A stretch of DNA of 63,988 nucleotides, counting the filler, from Ionaspis alba (Eukaryota), in assembly GCA_964255285.1 (NCBI GenBank). It is 10 parts of 10 records of this genome, joined end to end, with 100 filler letters (N's around TTAATTAATTAA, not from the genome) between each part and the next. Parts side by side here need not be neighbours in the genome. Positions count along the whole stretch, not along the records: positions 39,226 to 45,622 come from CAXUUL010000923.1; positions 45,723 to 52,108 come from CAXUUL010000924.1; 8 more parts are not named here. One strand, written 5' to 3'. Of this stretch, positions 40,407-52,208 are shown piece by piece. The notes under the pieces are model-generated. The model made no database searches. It saw nothing but the letters and a program-made list of their open reading frames with translations, and was not told the DNA's origin. A program made the translations under genes and the position numbers. Every line of letters starts with the position of its first letter. Within the stretch, counting starts at the first letter, position 1.

Positions 40407-42506
40407 TCACTGCATATCTGTATTAGAGACACATCCAGTCCATAACGTGGGGGACACCTACAGAGATCTCATCCATTCCAAGGTCCTCTCCACCATTGCC
40501 GGCAGGAGCACCCCCATTTGTCGCTGCAGCACCATCTGCAGCACCGGTACCAGAGACAAAGTAGTCCGTCATCTCGGCATCCAATTCGGCTGCCGACTTA
40601 GGCTTAGGTCGACCGGCGTTACGGCCACGACGAGCCTCTCCACGAGTTTTGCCTTTGGTGTTCCTGTCGGTGGTTTTGGCAGCTGTGGCCTGTTTCGGCT
40701 CGACCTTCGCGCGCCTATGAAAGAGACGTTAGAATAGTGTGGATAAGATGAAGATTAGGCCAAAGGACTTACGAAGTGCGCTCGCTCAAGCCTCGAACGG
40801 GTGCTGGTGGTGGCGCATGCGAAGCGTCTAGAACAACCTCGATCTGACATCATTAGTAGGACCGCCCGTAGGACTTATTGGGAACAGTTGTGGCCAACCT
40901 TGAGAGGACGCTTGTCCACGAGTAAACCATTGAGTTTGACGAGAGCGTCATTGGCGGCGCCAGGCTTTGCGAAGATAATTGTAGCGATTCCACGGCTGAC
41001 GCCGTTGGGCCCATAGGTGATGGTGACACGCTTGACGGAGCCTACTGATTTGCCGAAGTAGTCCTATACCGTAGAAGAGTAACTCTGGTCAGTCACGTTG
41101 CATCGCATTTCATCCACAGCTTATTCGCCTCATATGCAGGATCGATTTCGAAAAAGGAGTGGAGCCAAATCCAGCGATCGTCAACCATGCAATGATCATA
41201 TATCTCAAGAGCATCAGCGAGCAGCAGCAGTTGTTAGTAGTCAGTAGTCGTTGGCCACCAGTGAATCCTAAGTTGAGCGACATGAACGTGGTCCTAGGAA
41301 GCCAAGGATGTTTTGCGTAAAGCGTGCTCAAAGACCTTGAGAATCTCCTTCAAATCCAGGTCCTTCCACTATCTGCACGACACTGACACCATCAAGCCAC
41401 AAACACTTGCCCCGAAACTTGAAAATGCAGGAGTACAGGCAGCCATGACAACTCTCAAACCGCCCAGCTGTAGAGTAAACATGCATCACAACTATAAATC
41501 CATCGTTCTGCCTGCGGATTTGCCACGTTGATAGGTAGAATGTAAATCTTGATAGAATGGTGCTGATCGTCCGTCTAGCTGCGCCGTGATTGCTGTGCGA
41601 TTGGGGACGTCGCGTTGATCTATTCGTTCAAAGCTTTGCCAGCGTGTCCGATTATCCTCGAAGGTAATGAGCTGGCCAATGGGATCCAATAGATTGCAAG
41701 GAAGACAGTGCTGTTTTGGTATGTAACGCGGTGCTCCTGATGACCTGCATGTGCTGCTGCTGCTGCTGCTGCCTGACTCGCTGATGCTCTCACGATTCGC
41801 AAGGCTGGGGCACGTATAAATCCTCCATCGATAGATGATCTGCTCGAAACAAATCCTTGATGTGTTCATCTGCGACTGAAGCTTGCGCATTCTGCTTGCC
41901 AGGCAGGTGCTTTGCATAGCTCAGTATTGTTTGCAAGATGTTTGACATATACTCAAACTTCGCAGCGCTTTGCATCAAGCTTAAGAAAAGCGAGCTAAAG
42001 TAGCTGGAGAGGAATGAGTTATACACTGAGACTGCCGCAACAGCTCTGTATACATCATCGGTGTATGTCTAGAGACCCCGTGGGCATCCAGACAATCATT
42101 TCCGATCAAAAGATGTGCCGCGAAGATGAAAAGCCCGATAGAATTGGCGAAGGAGCTCGAAGGCTTTGATGGCCTAAGTTTGACATACCTTGATCTGCGC
42201 TTCGTCCACATCGGGAGGCTTGTAGAAGAGTTAGAACATGTAATCGTGGTTGAAGTAGCAGATGATGCTTACCAAGTTGCTCACGATGATCTTAGAGTCT
42301 CCACTTCCCCCTGCTGGTCCACTCGGCACTGGAGCTCTACCACCGGTTCGAGGAGCTTCTTTGGTAGCTTTCTTTACACCACCAACAGGTGCGGTGGTTG
42401 ACTTTCTTGCGGCATTCGGTGCACGACGTCCACCACGGCCACGGCGGGCGGTGTTGCGACGAGTGCTGAGAATCTCATCGAGAGATTTGTCCAAGTTTCC
42501 AGACAT
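40407..42506 (-). CDS. YRA1: mRNA export adaptor Yra1/ALYREF (6 exons, with a 1125-nt intron 2)
   Basis: N-box MSGNLDKSLDEIL. RRM SKIIVSNL-PPDVDEAQIK-DYFGKSVG...YGPNGVSRGIATIIF. C-box KSAAELDAEMTDYF. Confidence 0.92.
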
Positions 42507-43250
42507 GCTGATTTGTGTGTAGTAATATTGTGGGAAAGTGTTTGGCTGATGGCAGGATTGAGATTAGGATCAGACTTTGCAGGTATACCCCAGGGATATC
42601 GAGAGCGCAAGCCGGTATTGACCCTTTGAGAGCGATTTGACTGGCGACTTCTAGCTGGTATGCTTACTTCTCGATGATTTTGATGGGCTTGATAGAGAAC
42701 GCGCTTGAAGATTGCAGGCAGCAACGCGCTTTTCGCTGAAAGTGTTGGCGAAAGGTGAGACTTTAGCTGGAAGTCCGAGGAGACCGAGAGTTTGTTCGAA
42801 GCCGGAAATGGATGGCTGGACGAAAGGTATTGGCAGATTTTACGAGTTCTTTGTGTGATGGTGGAGCAGCTTCGTGAGAGAAAGAAAGGGAAGAAGGCGC
42901 CAAATGTTCAAACAGAAGGGAAAGGGTGACTGACGCAGAACTCCACGCTAGTACGAATTGGTCATAGAACGTGAGGCTGTCGTGGCTGTGTCAAGCAGAG
43001 AGTTACGCCGAGTCGCATTACAATAATAATATATATCAATTATCGACCATCATTTATACCATTAGGAGTAAATTTGAACGGTGTTTCTGTGTGATTTCGT
43101 CTATCTATCTGCACGCAGTGTTCGCGTCACGGCCAGATCCCAATAATATCTGATCAACCTCAAGGAACAACCAGAATAGCCTACAGATCTCGCCTTCGGA
43201 ACACCTGATACTCCTTACGTCTAATGCAAAATCATGCCATTGAGGTATCC

Positions 43251-43989
43251 TCAGCTCTTTAGAGCCTCAAGCCTCCCTCTCATTTGTGCCAGTGTAGCTT
43301 CTTGCTCCTCTAAATCTGCGTCCACCTCTGTCGGCTCCTGAGCCACAGGCTCGACGCCAACTTTGGTACCGGGTACCTCTGGCGTCTTCAGGACCTCGCC
43401 CAAGACTTTATCCACCTCCGTCTCTGCTTCCTCATCTTCGCCCTCCAGAAGTGCGTCATCTGGTAGAGCATCCCCAACCATCTCCTCTATGATCCCAGCC
43501 TTCATTAACTCCTGACTGAGTTCCCTCATCGTACCGGTAAGCTCCGGTAACCGGACCAGACTGTTCACGTCCTTCATGATCCCTGTAGATGCCCTGATGC
43601 TACCTTCGATCTTCCTCACGGAGAAAGCCTCGTTGACTTGCATCTGCACGCTTTGCAGTTGAGCTTTGCTTGTAGATAATCTAGACCCTTGCTTCCGTAT
43701 CCGAACCAACTCTCGAGCGATCAGTCGGGTTTCTTGGACTGCCTGCTTGGCTTGGGAGGGGTTGCGCTGGGCTCGTTTCGATGCTTGGAGGATCTGTTGC
43801 TTTGCCTTGGACTCAAGGTTTTTGAGCTGGATGATGTCCCGGTCAAGCTTCCGAGTATTCGCGCGAATGAGACTGTTACATTTTCGCATCTACTAAGACG
43901 GTCAGTCGAAGTGGATTTTGAGCACAAGGGGGCCGACAGACTTGCGCAGCCGGATCAGGCTTCCAGAAGACCGCTTTGATAGATTCCAT
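43251..43989 (-). CDS. VPS24: ESCRT-III subunit Vps24/CHMP3
   Basis: MESIKAVFWKPDPAAQ, intron, MRKCNSLIRANTRKLDRDI, ELMKAGIIEEMV and MRGRLEALKS. Confidence 0.95.
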
Positions 43990-44483
43990 GTTGTCTAACT
44001 ATCATGAAGAGTATCAGGATCAGTGATCAGGTTCTAGCAAATATCACGCCTCGTTAAAGCATAGCGGACGGTTGGTTGAGGATGTCATGCTTAGAGCCAA
44101 GCACATATTCAGTTCTAGACGCCGTCCAAACGTGGGGCAATTTTTGTCGCCCACAGAACACGGTCCCAATCATCCCCACCTCGTATGGCGCACACTAGAG
44201 ACGTCCTACTCGTTCTCATCCTCTATAGTGCTCAGAAGCTATTTTACTGATGGTGACTATGATTTTGTAGCATTTCAATGACGTCGCTAGGCGCCAATCA
44301 GCTTCCAACTTCGACGGACTTCTATCAAGCTCTATCCAGCCCTATGGCGCTAAGATTATATTCTTGAAGATCAATTCCGCACAAACTCATCAACAAGTCA
44401 AGCAGTCTAGATTCCAGAACTTCATTTCAAGACTTTGCAGTTGCTTCTTACCAACTTGACCTCAACAATACAAACAGCAAATC

Positions 44484-45460
44484 ATGTCCGCGCAGCAAGT
44501 AACCCCGGAAGGTATGTCGCTAGTAGCCTACTTCAGCCTTTTTCACAATCAATATCGATCTGCTATAAGCTATGTTTATGACTGACATTTGATTGCCAGT
44601 ACTCTGGGCACAGCGCTCCTCCTCCTCAGATCCCGCCAAGAACATCATCTTTCTCACTATCTCCGTCCCCGACGTATCTGCCTCGTCATGCAAGATCGAC
44701 CTGAAACCTACCTCCCTGACGTTCACCGGCCACTCCGACAGCAAAAAGACTACCTATCATGTCGAGTTTGATTTCTACAGTGAAATTGATGTCGAGCAGA
44801 GTCAGACGAAGCGAAGTGAAAGAGATGTGGAGTTTGTGCTGAGAAAGAAGGAGCTTAACGCGGAATACTGGCCAAGACTTTTGAAGGAGGCTAAGAAGGC
44901 ACACTTCTTGAAGACGGACTTCAACAAGGTAAGATACTCTTGATATGTGAATATTGGACTTTCCTTCCATGTCATACTTACACTGCCTAGTGGGTCGATG
45001 AGGACGAACAAGATGCCGTGCCAGAAGATCCCGACTATATGAACGGTATGGGAGGCATGGGTGGTATGGAAGGAATGGGTGGCATGGGAGGTATGGGTGG
45101 TATGGGCGGTATGCCAGGTATGGAAGGTATGGGAGGCATTGGTATGACCGCTCCAAAACAATTACCATGAGGCTACTTAGGTTCTAATCGATGTACAGAC
45201 TTCTCAAAACTCGGCGCCGGAGGCATGGGAGGAGATATGCCCGGCCTTGGCGACATGGACAAGGATACGGGTAGCGATGATGTAAGAGTGGCCTATTCCC
45301 AGCCGGATGCTCTGCTGCCATACTGACTATCATACAGTCTGACGATGACATGCCTGAGCTCGAGGACGAAGAAGCTACCAAAGAAGATGCCGGAAAAGAT
45401 GCCGCAGAACCTGCATCGACGACGACGAAAAGCAATCCTAAGATCGAGGAAGTCTCTTGA
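44484..45460 (+). CDS. SBA1: Hsp90 co-chaperone p23 (Sba1/Wos2)
   Basis: VTPEVLWAQRS, YWPRLLKE and LKTDFNKWVDEDEQD, followed by a Gly-Met repeat and an acidic tail ending KIEEVS. Confidence 0.95.
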
Positions 45461-46337
45461 GCGGTGACCAATGGAATGACTTTTTCCTGGGGCACAAAAA
45501 TCTGCGTGGTGCAATGGGGACTGAACCCAGGATCATAGGTGTTGTGATAGTGGAATACTTAGAGAGCGTTGTCGACGCTATGACCTGATGAAGTCCTCTT
45601 TATTGCTTCGATCTCTGACTGCNNNNNNNNNNNNNNNNNNNNNNNNNNNNNNNNNNNNNNNNNNNNTTAATTAATTAANNNNNNNNNNNNNNNNNNNNNN
45701 NNNNNNNNNNNNNNNNNNNNNNCAACTTTTGCCAACACAACCCCTCATTTGTGTCCAATATAGCAGGCCAGTCACTTCATCCGTGCTGGCGGGTACCTAG
45801 GGAGTATTGCGGTTTGATCGGTGGAGAAGAGCGATCAGAGGACCCGCGAAATCAAATATATGGTGCTCCTCTCGCTAATACACCTCCTTTAATGTTTGTC
45901 CTCGACCCTTCAAGACCGTCATTGCGTCAAGGATGACCTTAGCGACCACTAAATAATAAGTGAAGTCTTGTCGTGAGTTGGTAGAAGACGGTATAACACG
46001 GATTTCTATTTCGTTCTCGGTCATGTTTATGTGGATTGAATTGTCATAATCAAGCACCGGCACGGTGTCACGATGTCCAGCGGAATCGCTTGTGTCTTTC
46101 TCTCTGGAAGAGAAGATTTTCATTCTATACGAGGACCATGAGTGCATGATTTGATGAATCTACTTCTTTTATTGTGTGAGTCTCATAGACAGATCAGTCT
46201 GGGGAGCTAACGGTCGTTCTTTCCCTCTACCAAATATTGCCTTGATATTGAATCCTACGTTATCCTGCTCTTGACTTGTCTCAACGTCCACAACTTCTTT
46301 TTTACTCGAGGTCTCCCCTATAGCATGAAGATTAGCA

Positions 46338-47717
46338 ATGTATTCCACAAATATTTATCAAAATCGTTGCCTACACAGGAATAAGCTTCTACTCTTCTCG
46401 TCGTCTCTGGAGCCATGGCGTCTTGTGGTCGAACGGCTAGGCGTGGAGGAGATCAAACTTATACGCTTAGTCTGCCGGGGTCTTCGCGACGTGAGCTCCC
46501 ATCTGCTGATTCGGAAAGCGTACTTCGCTCTCCAATACAAGACCACGAATATATTGATGAGGCTGGCCGAGAGCCCTGTTTTCAGTAGATCCATTGAGAC
46601 ACTTGTCATTGACACAACGTTCTTCAGACACCCAGCTCAGGAACGGTATAATCTCCCAGGCCCTCACTCGTATCACAGAAACCACCCTGATTGGCGGGAC
46701 CAACCCGCTCAAGCCCAGCGTTTGTATGTACAGCAAGGGCACCTCTTGGTGTCAGCCTCTTTCATCATCGGAAGAGCTCTACTACGGTTCTGGAATTGCA
46801 AAACCATTGTCTTGATGGACTACAGCCGGATTCGAAGAGATCATTATGTCGATCCTCATTCGATGCCCCAAATTTGTCGTGAGGGTGGGACCTTCACCGG
46901 AAACAACAAGTACTACGACAGACCGATTTGGTTCAGTGCCAGACCCCGTGCTGTGGGCAGGTCCCTCCCAGGAGACCTGCATGGGTCTGACGAGAGATAT
47001 CTAGAGCTCGTTAATATTGTGCTAGATACTCTGGTAGAGAATCAAAAATGGGAAGACAGGACTTGGGACTTCCGCCTTCTCGACCCTGTCCTTACCGAGC
47101 AAGGCGCCTGGCCTATTCCTCTTGAACTCCTTCATCCTCGCTCGGTGAAACACGCTTTGTGGCATCAACTGTTCCGAACGCTTCGCGTATTTACCATCAG
47201 CTTCTGGCCCCCAGATTTTGAGAACGTCGACAACCTGCACAATCTCTTGCTTCGAGCCACTGTTCTCGAAGAACTCGAACTTACAAGCCTTGTCCCGCTC
47301 AACATCAATCCACTTAGGCCATTGCCAGACCAGATGGCCATGCGACTGGGTGATGCACAGTGGCCTTACCTGAGAAGAATATGTCTTAGACAATGGGCGT
47401 TCAACTTTGAGGCATTCCGAGCATTCCTGCAAAATCACGCGGGCGCATTAGAGGAAATAGTTTTCGAGGGACTCTTCGTGCACAGCTGCAACGTTACCGA
47501 GGGCGTCGGGGCACTGAAGTACCTAGTGGATCTAAACGGCATTGTACTGGATAATGTGGCGTTTTGTGAGAGGGCCGATCGAGTTGTCCCTGTCCGGGAT
47601 CCTGGGTATTGGGAGAACTTTATTTTGGGAAACAAGCGGAATTCGTTGCGACATGGACAGGGACGAGAACTGAAACGAGGTGTCGGGCAACCAGTCCGGA
47701 TCTTTACCGATGTTTGA
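46338..47717 (+). CDS. Hypothetical protein with F-box-like N-terminus and leucine-rich C-terminus (intronless, 459 aa)
   Basis: Long ORF containing WRLVVERLGVEEIKLIRLVCRGLRDVSSHLL (F-box-like) and LRR-like segments LEELELTS and WPYLRRICLRQW. Confidence 0.6.
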   Translation: MYSTNIYQNRCLHRNKLLLFSSSLEPWRLVVERLGVEEIKLIRLVCRGLRDVSSHLLIRKAYFALQYKTTNILMRLAESPVFSRSIETLVIDTTFFRHPAQERYNLPGPHSYHRNHPDWRDQPAQAQRLYVQQGHLLVSASFIIGRALLRFWNCKTIVLMDYSRIRRDHYVDPHSMPQICREGGTFTGNNKYYDRPIWFSARPRAVGRSLPGDLHGSDERYLELVNIVLDTLVENQKWEDRTWDFRLLDPVLTEQGAWPIPLELLHPRSVKHALWHQLFRTLRVFTISFWPPDFENVDNLHNLLLRATVLEELELTSLVPLNINPLRPLPDQMAMRLGDAQWPYLRRICLRQWAFNFEAFRAFLQNHAGALEEIVFEGLFVHSCNVTEGVGALKYLVDLNGIVLDNVAFCERADRVVPVRDPGYWENFILGNKRNSLRHGQGRELKRGVGQPVRIFTDV

Positions 47718-47863
47718 GCACCGGTTTATCATTTCCTGCTGTTCAATAAGTTAGAGATACTCATCGCCCTGCATAAATAAATTCTGGCACATATATAATA
47801 TCAGAAGTGAGCCTTGATTTGACCGCAATACTTGAGCGCTATAAAATGATCAATCTATGTAAG

Positions 47864-50800
47864 TTAATAGTCGTCATCCGAGTCAAAGTCCTCATCCGGA
47901 ATCAACGCCCTATACCTTCTAGCCGCCAAGTCGTCCTCGAGTCCACACTCATCCTCCGGATCTACATACCCTAATACACAAGTCAACGTCCATTCCAAGA
48001 TTGCCACACTAATGAGGACGACTTACCGTCACCCCCCAACAAACTCAAAGCCACCGGCAAAAACACCAATGCATGCAGCGCCGCAAAGCCTACCAGCGCC
48101 AACCACACCCTGAAATAGTAGATCTCAAAAATCTTGCTCCTCGTGAATGCCAATACTGTTACGCCCAAAAGTTTCGTCACCGTTATGCCACTGAATACAC
48201 TACCTCCCACATTTACCAACGCCGTCCAAGCTCTAGCGTCCCGCCCACGGAATTGCGTCCTCGCCTTCTCCATGACTGCTCGCGACGGGAACATGAAAGC
48301 TCTTGCAATATGTGCGCAGAATTCGACGCCGATACCCACGCAGATGATGAGGTTCACGAGCGACACAGCATTCAGCGATACCTGGGCGAGAGCCATGGCG
48401 CCGAGGATATCGACAACGATCATAGCGACTGTGGCCGTAACAACCAGACCGGTGGCCAGGGAGCCAAGGAGAAGAGAGGTGAGAAGAAGGATAAGGACGA
48501 GGGCGACACCGATGAGTGTCGCGGTCAAGGAAACAATGGTGGCGTACTGGTCGAAGAAGATGTAGAACTTCGAGTATGGGAAGACGGAGATGTGCTGTGC
48601 GGTGCTGATCTCTGCGGCAATGCGCCTCGCAGAGGCGTAGGCAGAGATGAAGTCCTGCTGGCTACGAAGAGGGGTGTGCGCAGTGCGAAAGTGGGTCGCG
48701 GGTGTGTCAGGAGGGTTGGCGGTGTGGACGACGGCGTTGCTATAGGGGGCTTTGCCGCCGAGAGGGCAGTCGCCATTGGTTGGGGAGAGGAGCCATTTGG
48801 AGAGGTAATGGATGAATTCGTCGCCTTCGGGCATGCCGTAGAGTGTGAGGTTCCAAGGTAGGTTGCGGTCTTCAAAGCATGGTTTCCTGTTCTCGACACA
48901 GCATTTGTCATTCGTTGGGTTAAGCCACCAAAAGAAGTCATCGAGCCAGCTGGCGGTGGAGCCGGTAATGTAAGAAATATTGGGTCGCTTGGATTCTTGC
49001 TCTAGGATGTTGGCCACGGAGAAGGTCTCGCAGGTGGTGAAACGCGAACAGAGTTCTTGCTGGTGCTGCCGCATTGTGACATTCAGATCGCGAGTGACGA
49101 AGTACACTGGTGGACCAGAGTTGAAGTAGTCGTATAAGTCATCAAAGTAGGGAATCAAGTAGGACCCTCTTGGTATCGCAATTCTTTGATCGAGCCCCGG
49201 CTCCACAGCCGGCATCAGTGAGAAGCCAGCAGTGAAGAGTCCCAGGAAGACGACCACAACAGCGACCTTAACCTTACGTCCAAGTAAAGCCGGTGCGTAC
49301 GTTTTGCGGATGAATCTCTGAAGAACACCTTCTTCACTTGATCCATAAATTTGACCACCATGAGAGTGGGTGCTCTGAGCACTCTTGACCTTGATGAAAG
49401 GGAAACAGTCAACACGGTTACTCTCAACTCGCCTTTGATTAAGTGCCAGTACAGATACGAACATGGTGATTTGCAGCACGGCATTGATGAGGACAGCTCC
49501 TGCAGCATAGGCCGCAAAGTTCTTCACAGCAGGCATGCCGACGAAGATCCCGAGCGCGAATGCAATCGTTTCGGTTGAAGCGGAGAGCAGTATGCTTGGT
49601 CCCATCCTTCCTAAAGCTTTCGCAATCCGTGTTTCAACATCTTCGTCAGGATGGCTTTGGTTGACTCGCTCGAACTCATGAACGATCAGGAAGATGTTGT
49701 CGACGCCGACTGCAAGGACGAGGAATGGAATGACCTCAGCAATTATTAAAGTGACTTTGACTCCCAAAGCTGAGAACAAGCCGACGGATGCTGAGACAGA
49801 CATCAGAACTATGATGATGCCGCTGACACCAAGCGTGAACTTGGACTGCACAAAAACACTGGCAGGATTATTCAAGATCGATCGGATCGATAGGCTTGCA
49901 GAACCTAGTGCAAGAGAGGCGTACATAAACATGATGATATAGCTGATGACAACGATCTTTGCATCCGTATTCGTGGATTTGTTTAGTTCTTCCTCTAGGC
50001 TCATCTCCGTGGAGAAGGAGAGCCTCAGACCCCTGGCATTTGCTTCTTCTTGAATGGTCAACATCAGGTCCTTTAAGCTTTTCTCCCATTCGATCGCCCT
50101 AAGCTCTTTGTCAGACCCTTGTTGGTGGTTGCTAACAACCCAGGTCACGATCAGGGCCTCTGACTGAAGCAGATCGCCACTGGCTTCCCAACCACCAAGA
50201 ATCATATCTTTACTCAGAGGCTGCTGGAAGTCGGGAAGACATTCTTGATCTCCTGGATGTTCCGCGCAGGACAGCAGATCCTTCTGCCAAGTCTTTCGGT
50301 TCAATCTCTGAACCGATCCACCAAAGTAGCCTGTCAATGACTGCACAACGCACGCATCGCCGGTAGGTTTGAAGCAGACATCTTCCAAGGTAGTGCCAGC
50401 ATGTGCAGACTTCATTTGTCTAACCCGATTCTCTACTTCGAACCACCATGTCAACGTGTCATAACTGAGCACTGGTCCAGGCCCAGATTTCTCAGTATCG
50501 TTGACCAAGAAGGCTTGCTCGGCTCTGTAGAAGGGTCCGAAATTGGAGTCAAAGAAGGCTTTTTCCTCCGCTGCAGCGGATGTTGGACTCACCCACAATC
50601 TCACTGGGTCGGTTTCAATCTCAAAGCTCGTCCAGCCAAGACTGAGTACGGTTACCACCAGAATGCTGAACCCGATCGTCACAAGCGGATATCTAGCACA
50701 AGTCCTTCCCAGACTGCTGAAAGCAGCATCGCAGAATGAATTCAGGGGGTAGGTTCTCTGTGGCCGGTCGAGCATTCCCGCGTTGTGAACTATATCTCCC

Positions 50801-51826
50801 TCATCCTCGTCATCACTAGGAGCAGCATCCTGAAGTAGCTGTAACTGTTCGGTCCTGCGTTGGTTATGTTTGTGATACGCTACATGACCAGATATAGCAA
50901 CGACAAGCGAGAGGAGAAAGGTGCTGTAGATGAGGATAGCAGCAAAGGCAAGGCAGGAGAGACTTCCGACCTGGCAACGTTCTTGTTCCGTCACTTCCGG
51001 GAGTTCTGGACAGACCGCTGGACAATCCACACATGCGCAGCGGAAAGCTTTGTCAGTGTCGTTGCATGCTTTGGTCGAGAAGTTGGCTGCTTTCATTCCG
51101 TCTGTTTCAAGTCCCTTTGGCCTTGGGAAGTTGATTTGAAATGGACTCCCGAGTAATTTCTTTTCGCCCAAGAACTTGAGGAACTCGGTGTAATTCTTGG
51201 CCCCGCCACCAATAAAGTCCATGGCTTTCCCCCCTGTAGCACCAAGCTTGACCTCTTTGCAACTGTCGTAGAAGCCGCTGCCATAGCTGTTCGACCATAG
51301 ATTGTCCAGTTCCGTTACCACGGTTTTTTTCGACGTCGACTGCCCTGTTGCTGTGACGTTGACAAAGAGAGATTGGTCTGGCGAACAGGTAAAGGTGCAA
51401 AAGAGATTGAAAAAGTTCTCCTTGCAGGCCGGACATGAAGCTATAATATTCTCGGCTTGTTTGAGGTTGCTGCTTAGAGCATCCACCTGTAAATGGTTTT
51501 AGCATATCTTCAAAGCTCGAAGCAGAGAACTTTAGTACCTGATCCTCGTCGCAGCATACAGCTCCTTTCTTCCACTTGTCCCCACATATCTTCACAAGCT
51601 TCTCGCGTGTCTTATCTTCGGGCTCTTTTGCAAGCCCATTATCAGGACAAGGTAGCTCCTTACCAAAGAAGCTAGTCTTCCCACATTGTCCTCGTATAGA
51701 ACATCTCCCAGTCTCGTGTTTCACGGTCTCGTTTTTGTCTCCAGCCAAGACCGTTGTGCTTTGCAGTGCAGCAGTGGCGAAGACGAGTATGGACAGCGCT
51801 TCGCATGATTTCCGCAACCAGCCCAT
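47864..51826 (-). CDS. NCR1: Niemann-Pick C1-like sterol transporter
   Basis: Signal peptide and Cys-rich NTD (CPACKENFFNLFCTFTCSPDQS). ETDPVRLWV, sterol-sensing domain EVIPFLVLAVGVDNIF, and GIGVEFCAHI. Two introns. Confidence 0.96.
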
Positions 51827-52208
51827 TCCCGGAACTCAGCAAGACGCGCCCCAGTTGGCAAAGCAATCGTAGACGCTTCTGCGCAGAGTCGATCGAGCTG
51901 GCAGCGGTTCTGCTTGCTGGAAGTCTGTGCGTGGGGGTTTACCCCGGAATCAAACGTGGAAATCTTCAGGTCGTTTTTTTAGAGTGATATCAGAAGTTGC
52001 TCATGAAAGACAAACTTGATCATGGTATCACTATAAGATCATCTGAAGGGAAGAATCACTCAAATAGTAGGTGTAGAGTTGCTTGGAATCGTGTAGGTCG
52101 CGTGAATGNNNNNNNNNNNNNNNNNNNNNNNNNNNNNNNNNNNNNNNNNNNNTTAATTAATTAANNNNNNNNNNNNNNNNNNNNNNNNNNNNNNNNNNNN
52201 NNNNNNNN

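Noticed and set aside
44361..44419. Possible heat-shock elements (TTCnnGAA) upstream of SBA1
   Set aside because: Each site has only two inverted units, which is too weak to call.
45045..45140. Repetitive GGTATG/GGCATG tract
   Set aside because: It encodes the known Gly-Met-rich tail of p23/Sba1 and is not an independent repeat element.
26195..45622. Apparent RNA-metabolism cluster (DHH1, TGS1, SRP RNA, YRA1)
   Set aside because: The genes lie on three unlinked contigs and are ordinary housekeeping loci.
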